From NCBI GenBank assembly GCA_043814645.1, contig JBDRJU010000027.1:1-33425 (forward strand): 33,425 nt of DNA, written 5' to 3'. The notes under the pieces are model-generated. The model did not search any database. It was given only the letters and a program-made list of their open reading frames with translations, and had not been told where the DNA came from. The position numbers and the translations under genes are program-made. The stretch is from a bacterium. GTDB lineage: Bacteria; Patescibacteriota; Minisyncoccia; Phycocordibacterales; GWA1-40-21. Positions 18,405 through 25,705 of the stretch are shown one piece after another. Position 1 is the first letter of the stretch. Each line of letters begins with the position of its first letter.

Positions 18405-19814
18405 ATGAAATTTTACAGTACCAACAATCACAAAAAAACTGTCAATTTTGAAACCGCATTGCTTAAGGGAATACCCTCTGATTATGGTTTATACATGATA
18501 GACAGAAAAGACATTCCAAAACTTTCAAAAAAAGAGTTAGCGGAGATGCATGGAAAATCTTATTCAGACATTGCGTTTAAAGTTCTAAATTTATTTATTG
18601 ATAGAGAAATACCGGAAAGAGATTTAAAGAATTTGCTTATTGATGCGTATTCTAAAAAAATAATTCCGACAAAAATTGAAAAAATAATAGGGAAGACGTA
18701 TATAATGTGGTTGACTGGTGGCCCGACTTATTCATTTAAAGATTATGCCGCAAGATTTTATGGCAGAGTGCTAAATTATTTTTTAAAAAAAAAGAAACTA
18801 AGAAGACTTGTTATCGTAGCAACAAGTGGAGACACAGGTGGTGCGATTGCTGATGCTTTATATAAACTTGATAATGTTGACGTGATTGTTTTTTATCCAT
18901 CAGGGAGTATTAGTCAGGGTCAGCGAAGACAGATGACTACGCTTGATGAAAATGTCTATGCTTTTGAAGTAAATGGTGATTTTGATGCATGTCAGGCTTT
19001 GGCTAAATATTTATTAAATGACAAAGATTTTGCAAAAAAAGTCTTTAATGATAGCGAACGATTTACATCTGCAAATTCAATAAGTATTGGAAGATTATTG
19101 CCTCAAATAGTTTATCCTTTTTATGCATACTCAAAAGTTAAAAAGGAATTCATTGCGAGTATACCAAGTGGAAATTTTGGTAATATGATGGGAACAGTGA
19201 TTGCAAAAGAAATGGGGCTTCCTGTTACAAAGATAATTTGTGGCGTGAATGAAAATGTTGTTTTTCCTAAATTTCTAAAAACTGGAAAATATATTGTGCA
19301 AAAAGCTAAAAATTCTCCCTCCTCGGCAATGGTCGTTTCTCATCCAAGTAATGTGGCAAGACTGATAGATTTTTATAATGGACATATTTATGATAAACGA
19401 GAAAAAGGCAGGGTGGTGGAAATTGGAGTAATTTCTAAAATGCCAAATTTAAAAGAAATGAGAAAAGATCTAATATCCTTTTCTGTAGACAATACACAAC
19501 ACTATAAAACAATGAAAGAAGTTTACGATAATTATAAAATAGTTCTTGATACACATGGTGCTGTTGGGTGGAGAGCTCTCGAATTATTTTTAAAAGGGAA
19601 TTATAATCAAACTGCAGTTATTTATGAAACAGCAGATCCCGGAAAGTTTCCTGATGATGTGAAAAAAGCAGTGGGAATAATTTCAAATATACCTTCAAGA
19701 ATAAAAAAACAAGAAAGCTTGAAAGAAAGAATTTATCCTATTCTAGGTAAAGATTTCGATTCTCAGTTAAGGGAAGTTAAGCTTATGATGATAAAAATTT
19801 TTAAAAACAACTAA
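18405..19814 (+). CDS. thrC: Threonine synthase (long, E. coli-type)
   Basis: Begins MKFYSTNN. Contains GGPTYSFKDYA (PLP lysine), ATSGDTGGA and NGDFDACQ. The track ORF starts at 18273 inside the murF-derived duplicate. 18399 and 18405 match family N-termini. Confidence 0.9.
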   Translation: MKFYSTNNHKKTVNFETALLKGIPSDYGLYMIDRKDIPKLSKKELAEMHGKSYSDIAFKVLNLFIDREIPERDLKNLLIDAYSKKIIPTKIEKIIGKTYIMWLTGGPTYSFKDYAARFYGRVLNYFLKKKKLRRLVIVATSGDTGGAIADALYKLDNVDVIVFYPSGSISQGQRRQMTTLDENVYAFEVNGDFDACQALAKYLLNDKDFAKKVFNDSERFTSANSISIGRLLPQIVYPFYAYSKVKKEFIASIPSGNFGNMMGTVIAKEMGLPVTKIICGVNENVVFPKFLKTGKYIVQKAKNSPSSAMVVSHPSNVARLIDFYNGHIYDKREKGRVVEIGVISKMPNLKEMRKDLISFSVDNTQHYKTMKEVYDNYKIVLDTHGAVGWRALELFLKGNYNQTAVIYETADPGKFPDDVKKAVGIISNIPSRIKKQESLKERIYPILGKDFDSQLREVKLMMIKIFKNN

Positions 19815-19823
19815 TAATAAAAA

Positions 19824-20084
19824 ATGTCAATTGATATTCAAAAACAAATCAATGATTTTACAGAAAGAATTCCAATAGGAAAAAGGAATCCTTTTCAAAT
19901 TTTTTTGATGCAAGAAATGGGGGTTAAGCATAAAGATATTGAATCTGGGGAAATTTGGTCAGAAAAGTATGGAAGAATAATTAGTGAAATTATTGATAAT
20001 CCAAATAATATAGAAATTAGAGATGATATTATGAATGATAAATTTAAAGATGCCTCTGATAAAATTTATAAACTGTTAAATTAG
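19824..20084 (+). CDS. Hypothetical small protein
   Basis: 86-aa ORF packed 10 nt after thrC. Its composition looks coding, but no family was recognised. Confidence 0.5.
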   Translation: MSIDIQKQINDFTERIPIGKRNPFQIFLMQEMGVKHKDIESGEIWSEKYGRIISEIIDNPNNIEIRDDIMNDKFKDASDKIYKLLN

Positions 20085-20183
20085 ATAAAAAAATATATAA
20101 CATAAAAAGCCGTGCAATGAAATTCACAGTCTTTTTAAAAATCATTTTTTCTTTAAAACCTTTGAATTATAAAATTCACTTTT

Positions 20184-20211
20184 TGTCATTCCCGCCTTTG
20201 CGGGAATGACA
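20184..20211. repeat. Isolated perfect 12-bp hairpin (REP-like palindrome)
   Basis: tgtcattcccgc-cttt-gcgggaatgaca. GC-rich within AT-rich spacer DNA, with no adjoining T-run. Confidence 0.5.
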
Positions 20212-20306
20212 ATTTAAGGCACTGTAATTCAAAGCATAGTAATGTCTACACACATTTATGACTCCGATTTTGTTTATTGATTACAAATATTTAAAAATCA
20301 GAAATT

Positions 20307-20334
20307 AAAAAAGCGGATATTTCCATCCGCTTTT
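20307..20334. terminator. Bidirectional intrinsic terminator at the 3' end of the SDR gene
   Basis: aaaaaagcggat-atttcc-atccgctttt. An A-run precedes and a T-run follows the 6-bp GC stem. Confidence 0.7.
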
Positions 20335-20349
20335 AATTTTAAATACCAA

Positions 20350-21174
20350 CTAAATTTTATAGTGCTGACAAAGCAAAAAATCTATAAAATTTTGCGGAAG
20401 AAATTTTTTCATTCCCACCAAAAATGAACTCGGTCCAATTTTATAGCGAAAACGGGGATTTTTTTTACTTAGAATCTTTACAATTAGGTTTGCAATTTTT
20501 TGAGGATTGCCCCCATTCCTTTCTTCATTTTCCTGAATTTCAATCGCTTTTTTAAAGTTTCCTTCATATATTGACCCGTGATGTAAACTTTTTTTAGCAA
20601 ATCGGCGATGTTGTGTAACTGGAGTTTGAAAATCTCCAGGTTCTATCAAAACAACTTTTATTCCAAAAAGCATTACTTCCAATTTTAACGCTTCGCTTAA
20701 TGCTTCGAGCGCAAATTTTGAAGCACTGTAAAATCCTTGAAAAGGCAAGCCAATCGCTCCAGCCAAAGAACTGATATTTATAATCAAACCTTTTTTTTGA
20801 GCTCGCATTATCGGTATGACTTCCCGACAAACTCTATGAACTCCAAAAAAATTTGTCTCAAGCTGTTTTTTTGCTTCATTGCTAGAAGTATCTTCAATAC
20901 TTCCAGCAAGCACAATACCAGCGTTGTTGATCACTACATCTATTTTCCCCGCTTTTTCAAGAACCAAATTGACGGCATTTTTTACAGATAAAACTTTATC
21001 TACGTCCATCTGGATTATTTCTAATTGTCCTAATCCTACGTTTAAAACTTGCTTTTCCTCTAAACGGCTTGTTCCAATAACATAGTAGCCTTTTTCTGCT
21101 AATTTTTCAGCGCAAGCTTTTCCAATTCCAGAAGATGCTCCAGTAATTAAAACAACGACTTTTTCCCCTTTCAT
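20350..21174 (-). CDS. Short-chain dehydrogenase/reductase (classical SDR)
   Basis: Contains VLITGASSGIGKA (TGxxxGxG), NNAG and YSASKFALEAL (YxxxK). ATG 21174 is preferred because aaggggg lies 7 nt upstream. The track starts at 21198. Confidence 0.88.
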   Translation of the reverse strand: MKGEKVVVLITGASSGIGKACAEKLAEKGYYVIGTSRLEEKQVLNVGLGQLEIIQMDVDKVLSVKNAVNLVLEKAGKIDVVINNAGIVLAGSIEDTSSNEAKKQLETNFFGVHRVCREVIPIMRAQKKGLIINISSLAGAIGLPFQGFYSASKFALEALSEALKLEVMLFGIKVVLIEPGDFQTPVTQHRRFAKKSLHHGSIYEGNFKKAIEIQENEERNGGNPQKIANLIVKILSKKNPRFRYKIGPSSFLVGMKKFLPQNFIDFLLCQHYKI

Positions 21175-21331
21175 AATATACCCCCTTTCAAAGAACAATT
21201 TTAAAGAACTAATTACGGAATATTAATTCCTTAATTATTTATACATTATCATGAGTTATTAAATTTGTCGAATAAATAATTGTACGCGTCCACCACACAT
21301 AGGACTTTTTTGTTACTATTACTTGAAGTCG

Positions 21332-21378
21332 GACCTCAAGTATTAAGACCTTAAGTATTAACGAACCTCAAGCATTAA
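21332..21378. repeat. Three tandem 15-16 bp iteron-like direct repeats
   Basis: gacctcaagtattaa (21332-21346), gaccttaagtattaa (21347-21361) and gaacctcaagcattaa (21363-21378). An inverted half-copy tacttgaagtc sits at 21320-21330, and a partial copy gacctcag at 21620-21627. Confidence 0.6.
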
Positions 21379-21522
21379 CGCTCCGTCTGTCGATTCCCCG
21401 TAAGCTCTACAAAAATATAATCACCAAACACAAGACTTTGTGTCTAGTTTATTAATTTGTCTAAAAGAATACAAAATATGTAAAAGCAAAGTAGAAATAT
21501 CATACCTCTAGCTGACAAGACT

Positions 21523-21560
21523 ATCATTCGCCAAAATAGGCGAATGATTTTATTATTTTT
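21523..21560 (+). terminator. Orphan plus-strand intrinsic terminator with no annotated gene upstream
   Basis: 10-bp stem atcattcgcc / ggcgaatgat (21523-21532 / 21539-21548), followed by tttattatttttt. Confidence 0.65.
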
Positions 21561-21633
21561 TGTGTCATAAATCACTAAGTTTTTTATTTCATTTCATTCA
21601 TAAAAAATAAAGTGTTTGCGACCTCAGCTCGTG

Positions 21634-21653
21634 GTTCCGCAAGCTTGCGGAAC
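21634..21653. promoter_or_regulatory. Perfect 20-bp palindrome, a candidate dimeric-protein operator
   Basis: gttccgcaag|cttgcggaac. GC-rich, and centred on a HindIII-like aagctt. Confidence 0.45.
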
Positions 21654-21664
21654 ATCACTGTGCT

Positions 21665-21718
21665 TTCACAAAAATAAAAAGCTAATGCGAATAAGCATTA
21701 GCTTTTTATTTTTGTGAA
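21665..21718. terminator. Long symmetric hairpin, a bidirectional terminator
   Basis: Perfect 22-bp core stem cacaaaaataaaaagctaatgc / gcattagctttttatttttgtg (21667-21688 / 21695-21716), 24 bp over 21665-21718, with a 6-nt loop. A-rich 5' arm and T-rich 3' arm. Confidence 0.65.
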
Positions 21719-21754
21719 GTAATTGTATCATTTGCTCTAACTTTTTTCAAAGAA

Positions 21755-21893
21755 AAAGCCGACGAATGAGAAAGCCCCGCCTCGGGATTACCCTCGGCGG
21801 ACACCGAAAAAAATGTTCCTGGCATTTTCTGATTTGCGCGCGACAGATTTTTTCTTTTCCAAAGGACAGGACATTTTTTCGGTGTTCTGCCCT
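21755..21893. repeat. 139-bp structured repeat, copy 1, in inverted orientation relative to copy 2
   Basis: Its reverse complement equals 29455-29593 at 138/139 positions. The only difference is 21872 c against 29476 a. Confidence 0.9.
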
Positions 21894-21993
21894 CAAGGTC
21901 TCGGGCAGGCTTTAAAAACAAATTAATATTGTCTCTTCCATTTTCTTATTCTCTTGGTCGTTCCTGACTACGGAGACCAGTCCATCGGCATTC

Positions 21994-22374
21994 GCCTCGG
22001 ACATTTCCGCTAGGGCTACTCGCGCCTAAGTGTCTAGGTGCGGGTGAAGTCTTTTCCGAACGGCTCAAATACACCAAATGAGCCGTTCGGAAAAATCACC
22101 CGCCACTATTTGGGGAGAGGAAGGAATCCTCTCCCCAGCTTCGGGTTCCTCCTCGCAGTGGTGTTTGGGAGTTTTTAGTTCTTTCTTTTGTTTCGTATTT
22201 ACTTTGAGTTCATTACTTCGTTTTCTGTGCCTTCGGAGTCCACCCTCGCACAACCCCTCTTCTCGTTTTCATATTAGAGTTGGTGGTGTCGCTTTCGCTA
22301 CAGAGTTTAGTGACTTTAGTTTTCGTCGGCGCTCATCCTTAAGTCAGGGTCGCCCTAGCGGAAATGTCCGAGGC
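21994..22374. ncRNA. GC-rich 381-nt element closed by a perfect 23-bp helix. Either a structured ncRNA of unknown class or a MITE-like element.
   Basis: 21994-22016 is the exact reverse complement of 22352-22374. Nested perfect hairpins lie inside (16 bp, 9 bp and 8 bp). GC is far above the surrounding spacer, and there is no credible ORF. Confidence 0.45.
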
Positions 22375-22702
22375 TGAAAGATACTGTACTCGTCGAACAA
22401 GAAGTAATCTTGCAATCTTTTTCTCCATTACTACACACGAGAGGATTGCAACCTTCTACTGCTGGGTCACAAAGTTCTATATTAAAAGCTTTCTTTTCTA
22501 TTTTTTTATAATAATCTATCTGGGCGGGACAATCTGCACCTTCACATGGATAGTAAAAACAACTTTCTGTTTGTGAGTCGCATTTTATTTGAGCGTATAC
22601 CAAATAATCTTTTTTGATTACATATTTATAAAAAGTCACACCTATAGAAATAACAATCAAAACGCCAAATATCCAAAACAAGATTTTAGATTTTTTATCC
22701 AT
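22355..22702 (-). CDS. Small membrane-anchored cysteine-rich protein
   Basis: 115 aa. N-terminal TM helix ILFWIFGVLIVISIGVTFY, then 10 Cys in about 65 residues. The last 6 codons overlap the 3' arm of the 23-bp helix. Confidence 0.6.
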   Translation of the reverse strand: MDKKSKILFWIFGVLIVISIGVTFYKYVIKKDYLVYAQIKCDSQTESCFYYPCEGADCPAQIDYYKKIEKKAFNIELCDPAVEGCNPLVCSNGEKDCKITSCSTSTVSFSLGHFR

Positions 22703-22734
22703 AAGAGAATTATATCCTAAACAATAGTAAAAAA

Positions 22735-23515
22735 CTATAGCTCTTTTATTTTCCTAGAGACACGCTCTGCAAATCTCAAATTTGCCTCCCTCGCTTCCTT
22801 AAGTGCATTTGGATAAGTCGGTACATTTTTAATGTCTTTAATATCAAAATTATTAGCAACTATTAAAGGATGACGAAACCCAAAAAATTTAGTAGAAAAA
22901 GGTTGCATCACAATAACTCTCCTTTTTAATAATGTCGCCCAATAAGCTCCGTGATAACTATTAGTAAGAACCAACTCGGCACTTCCAAGAAAGCTTATTA
23001 TCTCTTCAAAAGAATCGCCATTCTTCATTTTAGGAAGGTCCAAGTTCAAATTTCTCATTGGAAAATTTTTGTGTTCATAGATTACAACCTTATTTTTTAT
23101 TTCGAATTCTTTATCAAATATGCTGTGCATACAACTTGGGCAGGGAACCCACTCAAGATAATTTGTGCTATCTCTTACCCCAAACAAATCAAACTCACTA
23201 GAATTTTTATATTCGTCGTGCAATATATCACATCCGCCATGAACATTATGACCAAGTGCCCACCCTATAAGTAATTTGGTCTTAGCTCCAAGTAGTGCTT
23301 TCATATAATCTTTAAAATAATCCTGAGCAATAAAACCACCTCCACCAAATATAATAATCCTTGCCTTCGATTTCTTTGACAAATTCATCTATAGGCAACT
23401 CAGTAATATCTAAGGTCCTAACATCCTTCAAAAAATCAAAGTATTTTGTGGGTGTGCCAAATTTATCACCTGTATTAGATGTGTTTTTACGATAGATGTT
23501 TACTATTTTTTCCAT
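22735..23515 (-). pseudogene. Polysaccharide pyruvyl transferase family gene split by a 1-nt frameshift
   Basis: The N-terminal piece (23515-23312) carries NTSNTGDKFG. The C-terminal piece (23388-22735) carries IIIFGGGGF and NSYHGAYWA. The two frames overlap at 23312-23388, and the shift must lie in the upstream part of this overlap, before the FGGGG motif. Confidence 0.7.
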
Positions 23516-23593
23516 GTATGTATAATAGTAGATAAATAATCGAAAAACAAGTACGGGATGGGAGATATATTTATTAAATTAATATAATTTTTT

Positions 23594-24130
23594 ATGGACA
23601 CGAAACAAACACAAGTAGATAATAATAAAATTGAATTAGCAAAAAAGTATGCTGCAGAGAAATTTGCAGAAACTGGGAGAAAGAATCATTATCTCGATGT
23701 CTTTACAATATTACATGACGAATTCAATGTACCCGAACAAGATGTTTTAATTGCTGGGCTCCTTCATGACACTCTGGAAGACACTTCGGCTACATATAAA
23801 GAAATAGAAGAAACTTTTTCAAAACAAATTGCAAATTTAGTACAAGAAGTATCTCATCCGAAAAATTATACACAGGAACAGAAAATAGAATACTATGAAA
23901 ATATAAAGAAAATATCTGATGGAGCAAAACTAATCAAAATGGCTGATTTTACATCACACCTCCGAAATTTTGCTAAAATATACGAGAGAGGAGAACAACA
24001 CCTTTATCCTAAATTTGCTAATAATGATAAATATATTGCGAGCATACGCGATTTTTTGGCTAGTTGTAAAGAATCAACTGGAAAAAATTTGGTTTATGAT
24101 TTAACTAATAGGTTAGAGGCTTTATTATAG
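23594..24130 (+). CDS. HD-domain phosphohydrolase resembling RelA/SpoT-type (p)ppGpp hydrolase domains
   Basis: 178 aa. Contains HYLDVFTIL and LIAGLLHDTLEDT, the HD motif in the context typical of small alarmone hydrolases. Confidence 0.8.
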   Translation: MDTKQTQVDNNKIELAKKYAAEKFAETGRKNHYLDVFTILHDEFNVPEQDVLIAGLLHDTLEDTSATYKEIEETFSKQIANLVQEVSHPKNYTQEQKIEYYENIKKISDGAKLIKMADFTSHLRNFAKIYERGEQHLYPKFANNDKYIASIRDFLASCKESTGKNLVYDLTNRLEALL

Positions 24131-24165
24131 ACGAGGAGGAGCTTTTTAAGTTGGTCCGTTTAAAT

Positions 24166-24194
24166 TTGACATAATACCTTTTTTGCTGTATACT
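24166..24194 (+). promoter_or_regulatory. Near-consensus sigma70 promoter for the TMPK-like kinase gene
   Basis: ttgaca (24166-24171), a 17-nt spacer ending in tg, then tatact (24189-24194). The strong SD aaaggagga lies 6-7 nt before the ATG at 24218. Confidence 0.55.
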
Positions 24195-24217
24195 ATAACC
24201 AGAAAGGAGGAAAGCTC

Positions 24218-24769
24218 ATGAAAAACGAAGGGGTACCTAAGTTCATTGTTTTAGAAGGCATTTCTGGAAGCGGTAAGACGGAGCTTGGTGTAAAATTGTC
24301 TCAGCAGATTTCTGCTCAATATTATACCACTCCTCCTACTCTGTTTCGTAAAATCAGAGAGGAAGTTGATAGGACTTTGTGTTTAGAATCAAGATTTTTG
24401 TTTTATCTCTCCTCTGTCGTACAGGCGTCGTGGGAGATCAACAAGATTCTTGAAACACAAAGTGTTGTGTGCGATAAATACATTTGGTCCACTATCTGTT
24501 ATCACACAGTATATGGGCTTGATGTGGAAATACCACCATCAACTACCTACCGCCAACCGGATTATACTTTCCTTGTTGTCTGTGAGGAAGAAAAAAGACT
24601 CGAGCGTTTGCGTCACCGTGGAGTTGTCAAAGATCAAAAGAAATACGATCTACGACAAGAAACGGAACGACGGTGCTTAGTCGAGTTTCGGAAACACATA
24701 CAACATGAGATTGACAACAGGATTGATGGCCCACAAAATGCTATTGATCAAATTCTCGCAGTTATCTAA
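24218..24769 (+). CDS. Thymidylate-kinase-family P-loop (d)NMP kinase-like protein
   Basis: Contains FIVLEGISGSGKT (P-loop) and CDKYIWSTICYH, which is equivalent to the TMPK DRY..S..AYQ motif. GC-richer than its neighbours. Confidence 0.75.
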   Translation: MKNEGVPKFIVLEGISGSGKTELGVKLSQQISAQYYTTPPTLFRKIREEVDRTLCLESRFLFYLSSVVQASWEINKILETQSVVCDKYIWSTICYHTVYGLDVEIPPSTTYRQPDYTFLVVCEEEKRLERLRHRGVVKDQKKYDLRQETERRCLVEFRKHIQHEIDNRIDGPQNAIDQILAVI

Positions 24770-25705
24770 GAGAGGTAGACGTGTTCTACCTCTCTTTTTT
24801 TTCATATATCTAAAGGCGTATTTATAGCCGAACAGTCTAATTAATCTACAAAAAGCCTCAAAAAAATTAAATTTGTTAATTGCTTGAATCCATTCTTTTA
24901 AAAAGTGCCTCGTAAGACAGACCTCTTTTTTATCATAGAAATTCTCTAAACCTCTTTTTTCTACCATAATATAATCAGATATCCCTTGCCAAAATAACCT
25001 ACGGGTCATAAATATTCTTGTCAGTCTTCTCTCTTTAATTTTGGACCAAACCTCTGCTTGTGGCTCATACCAAACCATACTCTGTGGAATTCTAATCAAA
25101 AATTCTGTGTCACCATTAGACAATAGATTATTACCTTTCCTGTCTAGGTTTGGATCAAACATACCAAATTTTTCAAATACTTCTCTCTTAAATGACATAT
25201 TTGCACCAATTATATAATAAGGCATATAGAGATGACCTGCTTGTTTAGGAAAATCGGGGGGCAAGAGAAATCTAAGAAAGTAGTTTGAAAACCAGGTGGG
25301 CCATTTTTTTGTCTCCTTATCTTTGACAAAAACAGGGCCTCCAACACAAAGTATATTCTGTTCGTTATAACCTTTTGAAATACTTTCAGCCCAATATTCC
25401 GATACGACTACATCATCGTCTAGGAACGCTATTATATCTGTCGTTGCTTCGATAATTCCCGTATTTCTGGCATAATTCAGACCAATACTTTTTTCTTCTA
25501 TAATCTTGACATTATTATAGTTTTTAAATTTTAAAATGTCTGAATCAAGGGAAAGAGAATTACCATTATCTACTAAAATGATTTCTTTGATATATTTTAT
25601 ATTAGAAGTAGTTGATAGGGAGCACACCAAATCTATTAGATTAGTAAATCTTTCTTCGTGCTTATATGTAGGAATAATTACAGTTATTAAAATTTTTTGT
25701 TGCAT
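24677..25705 (-). CDS. Family 2 glycosyltransferase
   Basis: Contains VIIPTYKHE, VDNGNS and IAFLDDDVVV (DxD). Its last ~31 codons are antisense to the kinase gene and its terminator. Confidence 0.85.
   Translation of the reverse strand: MQQKILITVIIPTYKHEERFTNLIDLVCSLSTTSNIKYIKEIILVDNGNSLSLDSDILKFKNYNNVKIIEEKSIGLNYARNTGIIEATTDIIAFLDDDVVVSEYWAESISKGYNEQNILCVGGPVFVKDKETKKWPTWFSNYFLRFLLPPDFPKQAGHLYMPYYIIGANMSFKREVFEKFGMFDPNLDRKGNNLLSNGDTEFLIRIPQSMVWYEPQAEVWSKIKERRLTRIFMTRRLFWQGISDYIMVEKRGLENFYDKKEVCLTRHFLKEWIQAINKFNFFEAFCRLIRLFGYKYAFRYMKKKRGRTRLPLLDNCENLINSILWAINPVVNLMLYVFPKLD
24769..24803 (+). terminator. Intrinsic terminator of the kinase gene, lying inside the convergent GT2 ORF
   Basis: agagaggtaga / tctacctctct (24769-24779 / 24785-24795), followed by tttttttt. 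Confidence 0.7.

Noticed and set aside
20104-20136. aaaaagccgtgc...cacagtcttttt as a terminator for the 86-aa ORF
   Set aside because: The putative stem has multiple mismatches, with only 3-4 contiguous pairs. The clean hairpin at 20307-20334 is a better terminator for this region.
21286-21295. gcgtccacca as a tRNA 3'-end remnant marking an integration (att) site
   Set aside because: There is no T-arm or any other tRNA-like sequence upstream, and no integrase nearby. Ten nucleotides are too few to support the call.
21332-21378. Tandem repeats as a CRISPR array
   Set aside because: The repeats are only 15-16 bp long and directly abut one another without spacers. There are only three copies and no cas genes.
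21706-21921. 71-aa ORF across repeat copy 1, and the 75-aa ORF at 29433-29660 across copy 2, as a possible repeat-encoded peptide
   Set aside because: The repeat is inverted, so the two track ORFs read opposite strands of the unit and are unrelated. The one frame open through both copies has no start codon upstream in copy 2, and the single substitution is non-synonymous there. The strong internal hairpins point to RNA or DNA structure instead.
21994-22374. Identification of the 381-nt element as tmRNA, RNase P RNA or SRP RNA
   Set aside because: On the minus strand, gccgacgaaaactaa resembles the start of a tmRNA tag ORF (A-D-E-N-stop). However, there is no tRNA-like domain, no GTTCGA T-arm and no CCA end, and the tag would be only 4 residues long. 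AAGUC and ACAGAG...GACUU strings on the plus strand recall RNase P CR-I and CR-V, but the AAGUC is a bulge within a hairpin, which is the wrong topology. No SRP GGAA/AGCA helix-8 motif is present.
22065-22377. ORFs 22078-22377 (+) and 22065-22253 (-) inside the GC-rich element
   Set aside because: They overlap each other on opposite strands, span perfect hairpins, lack an RBS, and have Ser/Arg/Pro-rich composition typical of GC-rich non-coding DNA.
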